Positions 56,851 through 64,000 of a stretch of DNA of 64,000 nucleotides are shown here, piece after piece. Location of the stretch: contig CM022668.1 in NCBI GenBank assembly GCA_012295275.1, positions 6,262,001 to 6,326,000 on the forward strand. The letters run 5' to 3'. The stretch is from Chrysomallon squamiferum. Taxonomy: Eukaryota > Animalia > Mollusca. Positions within the stretch are counted from its first letter, which is position 1. Each line of letters begins with the position of its first letter. The notes beneath the pieces are model-generated. The model was not told the DNA's origin and searched no databases. It saw nothing but the letters and a program-made list of their open reading frames with translations. The position numbers and the translations under genes were made by a program.

Positions 56851-57019
56851 CAAGTGAAATGTCAAAGACTAAAGTCCCTAATTCATGATATATATTTGTT
56901 CTAGGGCATGCCTATAATCCTTACTTTGACCTCGGTTTTGACGTAAGCATCTAGTTTTATCTCTACTAGATGTTGACATCACAACCGACATCAAAAGAAA
57001 GCTTGTAATGGCACGTAAT

Positions 57020-57121
57020 TCGGGACAATATTCGTAAACCGAGACAAAAATTGCCCAAGATCATGGTTCATAATCCGATTTGTTCGTACTTCGAGGCATT
57101 CGTAACCTGAGGTTCCACTGC
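57020..57121. mobile_element. Terminal fragment of a Tigger/pogo-like element
   Basis: Repeated ttcgta motifs ending ...ttcgtaacctgaggttccactg, a typical Tigger-type TIR end; partner end not found. Confidence 0.45.
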
Positions 57122-58682
57122 AAATGTGAATTTTGTCATATGTTTAGTGAAGATATAATGCATAATTTAATGCTCATTTTGGAACACTTACAAGCTGGTT
57201 ATTTCTGAGAACAAAAGTGAGACTTCAAACCAATGCACAAACAATAATTTTAGGCAACCCAAATTATTCTGAAATGGATAATATAATCAATTTAATATTG
57301 TTAATTGCCAAGCAGTGCACATATAAATAAAAATACCCAACTAATAAATAATTTTAACCGGATTCCAAAATGTGCTGAACATGTATTATTATATGGATAA
57401 ATATATTCGTAAGATAGGTAATGAAACAATTAAATATGAAGACAATTGGATTAACTGTACAAAATTATTTGTATAAAATGTAAATATATCATAACTATTT
57501 AGTGGATAGAAAGATTATATTTATTTTTCTATTTTATTTTTTCCATTATGTAGTCTTATGTTTCTTATTATTTTATATTTATATAACAAATGTTTACTAC
57601 TAGGGATATGTAGGATATATTTTTATTATTTTTATTTTGTTTTCTACTGATTATTTGCCGACTTCTGCATTTTAACATATTAATTTACTTTCATATTTTG
57701 TTATAGTACTAGCCATTACTTGTAATACATTTTATGCAGTACGTTCAGTTGTGAAAAAAAGAAAAAAAATATAATAAAAAGGTTATAACCTTATAAGAAT
57801 ATTAAAAACGATATCTGAAAGAATTAAATACATATATCTAAACAAATTGCAGGCTCATATAGAAAATAATTATAAAATGATATCTATATAAAAAATTAAA
57901 TGGATTAAAGATTATAATCTAAAATAATTATAGGTTAATGTCTGAAGGCATTTTAGATATGTAAAATAATTTTAGGCTGATATTTACATCATTATTACTA
58001 TCATCATCATCATCATTACTATTATTATTATTACATTATCATTAGTACTATTATTATTTAGGCATCTAAATAATAAAGTATAAAAAAAATATATGCATAA
58101 AATACTAAATAAATAAATTACTGCTAACATTTTTCTGTTGTAGTGACATCATTGCATACTGGCTGAACTGATTTGCTTTTCATTTTCTTCTAGTTTTTCT
58201 CAAAAAACACAGCTACCAGACCAAATCCATTTTTAGAGTGGTAAACTCTCATCTTTCTGTTGTTTTACATTAATATTATTTTACTATCGTATATTTTTAT
58301 TATAAAATAATAAGCTTGATGTATAAATTTTATTATGATTATTTTAATTTTTTTTGTTCAGATTATTTATTTTATAATATTACCTGTATATATTAATTAG
58401 TGATTGCCTTTGTTAATAACTGAGTTTTAACTTGTGCATTAGTGTTGTTAAAATCTTCATTTTGTAATAAATACTTTTTGCAATAAATTGTTTCTTCAGT
58501 TATCGTGTATTGTAATACTATTTATTTTCCACAACAGAAGTTGTGTTTGAACACAAAAGAGAGAAAGTGGCAATCCCTAGTGAAATGGACTCATTATGAA
58601 TTGGGAACCCAACCAGAAACAAAATGAATTTTACAAGAGATGTGTTCGGTGAACCATTCTATTAATAATACAACAGACAGAC

Positions 58683-58809
<127 letters not shown>

Positions 58810-59588
58810 ATGTGTACCTATATGTATGGATAAGGATGTCTGTTTTTAGTATATGCATATGTCCTTATATTTAAACTGTGTGTGTGTGTGTGTGTGTGTC
58901 TGTGTGTGTGTGTGTGTGTGTTAGAAAGACAGAGAGAGAAATACATTTGCTGCATTATATGTATATCAAATTAATGATGTTTAGAACGACTGTAGTAGAT
59001 ATATTTGATCCAATCTAGAGCAAATATTGCTTTATGGTGTTTATCAGTATTTTGTCATTAGTGAGAAATAAAAAATAGAATAAAATAATGAGAATAGGAT
59101 TAAAAATAATAAAACAGATAGATAACTAGATAGATCATATTTGAAGGAAAACACAAATACTAAAGATAATTCTGATACAGTCAAATAAACCATTATAAAA
59201 TAGAACAGCAAAAATTAACAAATGACAGCAAGCTAAGAGTGAAGTATAACAAAACAATTTTATTACATCACAATGAATATATTTTGAGGATGAAGCACAC
59301 ACACTCAAAAAATGTATGTTAAGTATAAAGGTTTTTTGTTGTTTGCTTTTTGTTTTATGTTTTTGTTTATTTAATTAATCATTATTGTTCTTGTAGTTTA
59401 GACAAAAATAGACAAACAACATGATATCACATACAGCATATTGTTTGTTTTTTGCTTCTTTAAATATATATATATAGCATGACATCACATATAGCATAAA
59501 AATATAAAAATACAATTAAAATAACATAAGTGTCATTTAGTAGGCAAAAAAATTATAGTTTGTGTCTTTTTGTGTAGTTTTTGTAATA

Positions 59589-59633
<45 letters not shown>

Positions 59634-60644
59634 CATGAAAATATAAAAATACAAATTAAAATATCAATACAAGTATCATTTAGTAGGGAAGAGAAAATTT
59701 GTGGTTTTTTTTTTATGTTTTTGTAAATAAACACAAACACACACGATTCAAAATAATATGACATATATAGCATATAAAAATGCAATTAAAATATCAATAC
59801 AAGTATCATTTAGTAGGGAAGAGAAAATTATAAATACATAAACACAGATATGAGATTCAAAAATAACATTAAAAAAATATAATATGAAAAATAAATACAC
59901 ATAAAAAAGAAGCTAGTGGGGGGGTGAAAGATCCTAAATATAATAATAATAATAATAATACAACAACTTATATCTTATCTGCAATACACAAAATAAAGAT
60001 CCTAAATATGTTCTTTGTAAAGCAACATAATGAAAATTAAATAACATAAGAAAAGAGGAAAAAAAAAGTATTAATAAAAATGATAGTAAAAAACAATATA
60101 AAGAATATATTTAATACTATTTATATCCATTATACAATTAAAAAAATTCTTTGCCCCCTTTTACCCACGAATACATAAATACCAAAACATAATAATAATA
60201 AGATAAAGATTAAAAATGACAAAAAAAATCAAATATAAAAAGTAAATATACATTGAGTAAACATTTAAAAAAAAGCCTTTCCCCCTTTTACCCACAAAGA
60301 CATAAATACCATTTTTTGTTTTATTTTTATCATAAAGACCCAAAATATAATAATATATTTTTCTAAAATATACTTTTATGAAGTAAAATAATAAAAATTA
60401 AACTATCATCTTATATACAACACACCCAAAAACATACAGATGTTCTAAACAGCATAAAAAGTTTAAAATTTTTTTTAAATAAAATACATAATAATATATA
60501 TAATGGTATATAAAAAACAAAACAAAAAAAACATACATTTATTTTTTTAAGATCCTAAATATAATAATAAAAAAAGTTAATGTATAATATAAAAAAATAA
60601 ATACATATCCAGTATACACTTTCATATTCATTTATCTCATGTTT

Positions 60645-60688
<44 letters not shown>

Positions 60689-60871
60689 TGAATCTCATAT
60701 CTGTGTTTATGTATTTATAATTTTCTGTTCCCTACTAAATAATACTTGTATATATATATATATATATATATATATAAGATAAATAAAGTATAATATACAA
60801 AATAAATATATATCCAGTATTTATTCAAAAAAATCCTAGTGTGTGCATGTGTATGTGAGTGTGTGTGTGTC

Positions 60872-60906
<35 letters not shown>

Positions 60907-61389
60907 CAAAACAAAGATTTTTCCATAAGGATCCAAAAATAATAAATACTATTTTTGAAGTAATATAATAAAAATTAAAATAAAATATTATATACACTAT
61001 ACACTATTTTATTTCATATATATATGATATTCAGTATGAAATAAAATGTAAAAAAAACAAAACTTTTTTGTAAGATAATAAAAAATTAACATCATATAGA
61101 ATATTATTTAAAAAATAATAAAACGTCCAAAAACACCTTTTTTCCATTTTTTTCAAAAATATATGAATATCCATTTTTCTGTCTTCCTTAAAGATCTTAA
61201 ATATATAATAAAACTTCTATTTAGGTTTTATATACAATATAAAAAAATATATGCATATGTGATGTCCAAACTAGCTAAATTAAATTATTGTTGATTTTAA
61301 ATCTAATACAATATATGTATGTTACTAAAGGGGATAATAGTTAAAACTATAATTAAAAGTAAATTTGAATATCAAAAGAATAATGTTTT

Positions 61390-61421
<32 letters not shown>

Positions 61422-61964
61422 CATGAAATAAAAAGTATTTTGTATATTATTTACAGAATATAATTTTTTTTTTTTATCAAAGTTTTTTTTCTGTCTTTCA
61501 ATCTCCTTGATGATGTTTGTGGTAAAGTTTTAAAGTTTCTATTATTCACAACTTCTTCTCATTTTTCTGACATGGAATAAAATAAAACATTTCTATGTTG
61601 CTAAACTTATATAAAGTTTTAGTTTCTTCTTTTTTGTTTTGATTTCTCTTGTGGTAATAATTTTGAAATTCTTTTGTTTTCACTTTCTTAGATGATTTTT
61701 CTTGAAACACTTTGGTAATTTATTACTCTTTATAACTCTAAGATTTTCAGTGAAGCTTTCTAGCTTTTTACACCACTCTGTTTTTATCTCCAACGTATTT
61801 CCTTTTTAATCATTTGTACTTACAAGCATTATTAAGAATTAACAAATCAGTTTTAGAGGCAAAGAAAGTTAATTCCACTTAGTGCTTAACAATCGGGCTC
61901 AGAAAATAAGTACTGTTTGTAATGTTATCAGATTTTAATATTTGATTACAGAGGAGTTCAGCAT

Positions 61965-64000
61965 CTAATCAGTATCTGTGTCTGTACTGACATCTCTTTG
62001 TTTATTTCTCTTTGGTCGATGTTTTGTGTATTTCTTTCTTCTGTGTACAAATTCAGCTGACATTCTTAGTATTTCATCTTCTCCTTTTCTTAAGCTGCTG
62101 AGTGATATTTTAGGTGACATTTTTAAAACATAACTTTGTTGAGCTACTTGACAATTTAGGTGACATAGTAAATGCTTTTGCTCTCTTCTTTTTAACATCT
62201 CGTGATATTTCAGTTGACATTAAAAAAAATCCTTTTTCTCTCAGTAATTTTCTATTTCCTTTTTCTTGTAATTTTCTATTTCCTTTTTCTTGTAATTTTT
62301 GGGCATCTAACTCTTTTCTTTTTCTCAGTCTTCTATGTGATATTTTAGGTGACATGTCAACTATTCTCTCTTCTTTCATTTTTATTCTTCCACGTGGTAT
62401 TTTTGTTGACGTAAATTATTCCTTCTTTCCTTTGTGATCTTATAACTGACATCTTGTATAATTTTTATTATATTGTTCTTCTTGGTATTTCAATCTATGG
62501 GAGGAATTCTCAGGTAATATTTTAACATCTTTCTATTACTTTTTACAATCTTCTATGTGACATGTTTTCTGATTTCATGACATCTTATTTGTCTAAGTAT
62601 TTCAATCTGTGGGAGGACTTCTCTGGTAATATTTTAACATCTTGTTCATCTCGATATTTCAATCTGTGGGCTTCTCTGGTAATATTGTAACATCTCTCTC
62701 TACTCTTTTTTCTGATATTCTTTGTGACATATTTTATTATTTTTTATCATCTTGTTCGTCTTGTTATTTCAATCTGTGGGAGGACTTCTCTGGTAATGTT
62801 TTAACATCTTGTTCATCTCGGTATTTCAATCTGTGGGAGGACTTCTCTGGTAATATTTTAACATCTCTCTCTACTCTTTTTGTGATTTCCTATGTGATAT
62901 GTTTTTGATTTTATGACATCTTGTTCATCTTGGTATTTCAATCTGTGGTAGGACTTCTCTGGTAATATTGTAACATCTCTCTCTACTCTTTTTTCTGATA
63001 TTCTTTGTGACATATTTTATTATTTTTTATCATCTTGTTCGTCTTGTTATTTCAATCTGTGGGAGGACTTCTCTGGTAATGTTTTAACATCTTGTTCATC
63101 TCGGTATTTCAATCTGTGGGAGGACTTCTCTGGTAATATTTTAACATCTCTCTCTACTCTTTTTGTGATTTCCTATGTGATATGTTTTTTGATTTTATGA
63201 CATCTTGTTCATCTTGGTATTTCAATCTGTGGTAGGACTTCTCTAGTAATATTTTAATATCTTACTCATCTCAGTATTACAATCTGTGGGAGGACCTCTA
63301 GTAATATTTTAATATCTTACTCATCTCAGTATTTCAATCTGTGGGAGGACTTCTCAGGTAATATTTTAACATCTTGTTCATCTCGGTATTTCAATCTGTG
63401 GGACAACTTCTCCGGTAATATTTCAACATCTTGTTCATCTAGATATTTCAATCTGTGGGAGGATTCTTTAGTAATATTTTAATATCTTGTTCATCTCAGT
63501 ATTTCAATACCTGGGAGAACTTGTCTGGTAATATTTCAACATCTTGTTCATCAATACCTGGGAGGACTTGTCTGGTAATATTTTGACATCTTGCTCTACT
63601 CTTTTTTTGTGGTCTTCTTTTAGGCGTAATTTGTGATTTTATCACATCTTGATTTCTCTCATTATTTCAATCTGTGCTCTTCTCTGGAAATATTTCAACA
63701 TCTCTATCTACTGTTTTTTCTGATTTTCTATATGATAAGTTTTGTGATTTTATAACATCTTCTCTCAGTATTTCAAGGTAGTAGCAGTAATCTTGTGATA
63801 TTTTAATATCTTGTTCATCTCTGTATTTCAATCTGTGGGACAACTTCTCTGGTAATATTTTAACATCTCACTCTACTGTTTTTTGTGATTTCCTATATGA
63901 TATATTTTTTGATTTTATGACATCTAGTTCATCTTGGTATTTCAATCTGTGATAGGACTTCTCTGGTAATATTTTAATATCTTACTCATCTCAGTATTTC
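61965..64000 (-). pseudogene. Disrupted Lys/Arg-rich repetitive coding-like sequence; 57-bp unit encoding ~RLKYRDEQDVKILPEKSSH, with higher-order ~290 bp duplication; continues beyond window
   Basis: Plus-strand unit gtatttcaatctgtgggaggacttctctggtaatattttaacatcttgttcatctcg. The minus strand translates to a charged 19-mer grading into MSPKISHRRLRKRKELDAQKLQEKGNRK. Many TGA/TAA stops and homopolymer frameshifts. Confidence 0.55.

Noticed and set aside
58633-58660. acaagagatgtgttcggtgaacc resembling the satellite dyad or a Helentron end
   Set aside because: Match too short, with no supporting partner structure.
62114-62908. Plus-strand hydrophobic ORFs (YFNLWEDFSGN repeats)
   Set aside because: Antisense shadows of the purine-rich minus-strand repeat; no independent evidence of coding.

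Overview
This is AT-rich, microsatellite-dense, intron-containing animal DNA, not prokaryotic. A mollusc (possibly a cephalopod) is an inference from repeat style and gene types only. Most ORFs in the supplied track are artefacts of (ACT/AGT)n, (GA)n, (CA)n and (TAA)n repeats. (1) A minus-strand gene of at least 13 coding exons (8594 to 129, running off the left edge) encodes a type-I membrane protein: signal peptide, a small Cys-rich LRR-cap-like ectodomain, an acidic stalk, one TM helix, and a tail built from duplicated phase-0 exons. (2) A + strand tandem cluster holds three secreted PAN/Apple + Cys-rich linker + fibrinogen-related-domain (FReD) genes. Copy 1 is a truncated pseudogene carrying a Sola2-like transposon. 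Copies 2 and 3 are intact, near-identical except for a hypervariable ligand-binding C-terminus, and mosaic among paralogues. (3) A ~10.3 kb block upstream of copy 3 is absent from the paralogous site upstream of copy 1. It contains eight exon-like 84-108 nt cassettes, a ~593 bp satellite and an inverted satellite unit. (4) Also present are relics of Tc1, Tigger-like MITEs and a LINE ORF1, several minisatellites, and a decayed basic 19-aa repeat ORF at the right end.
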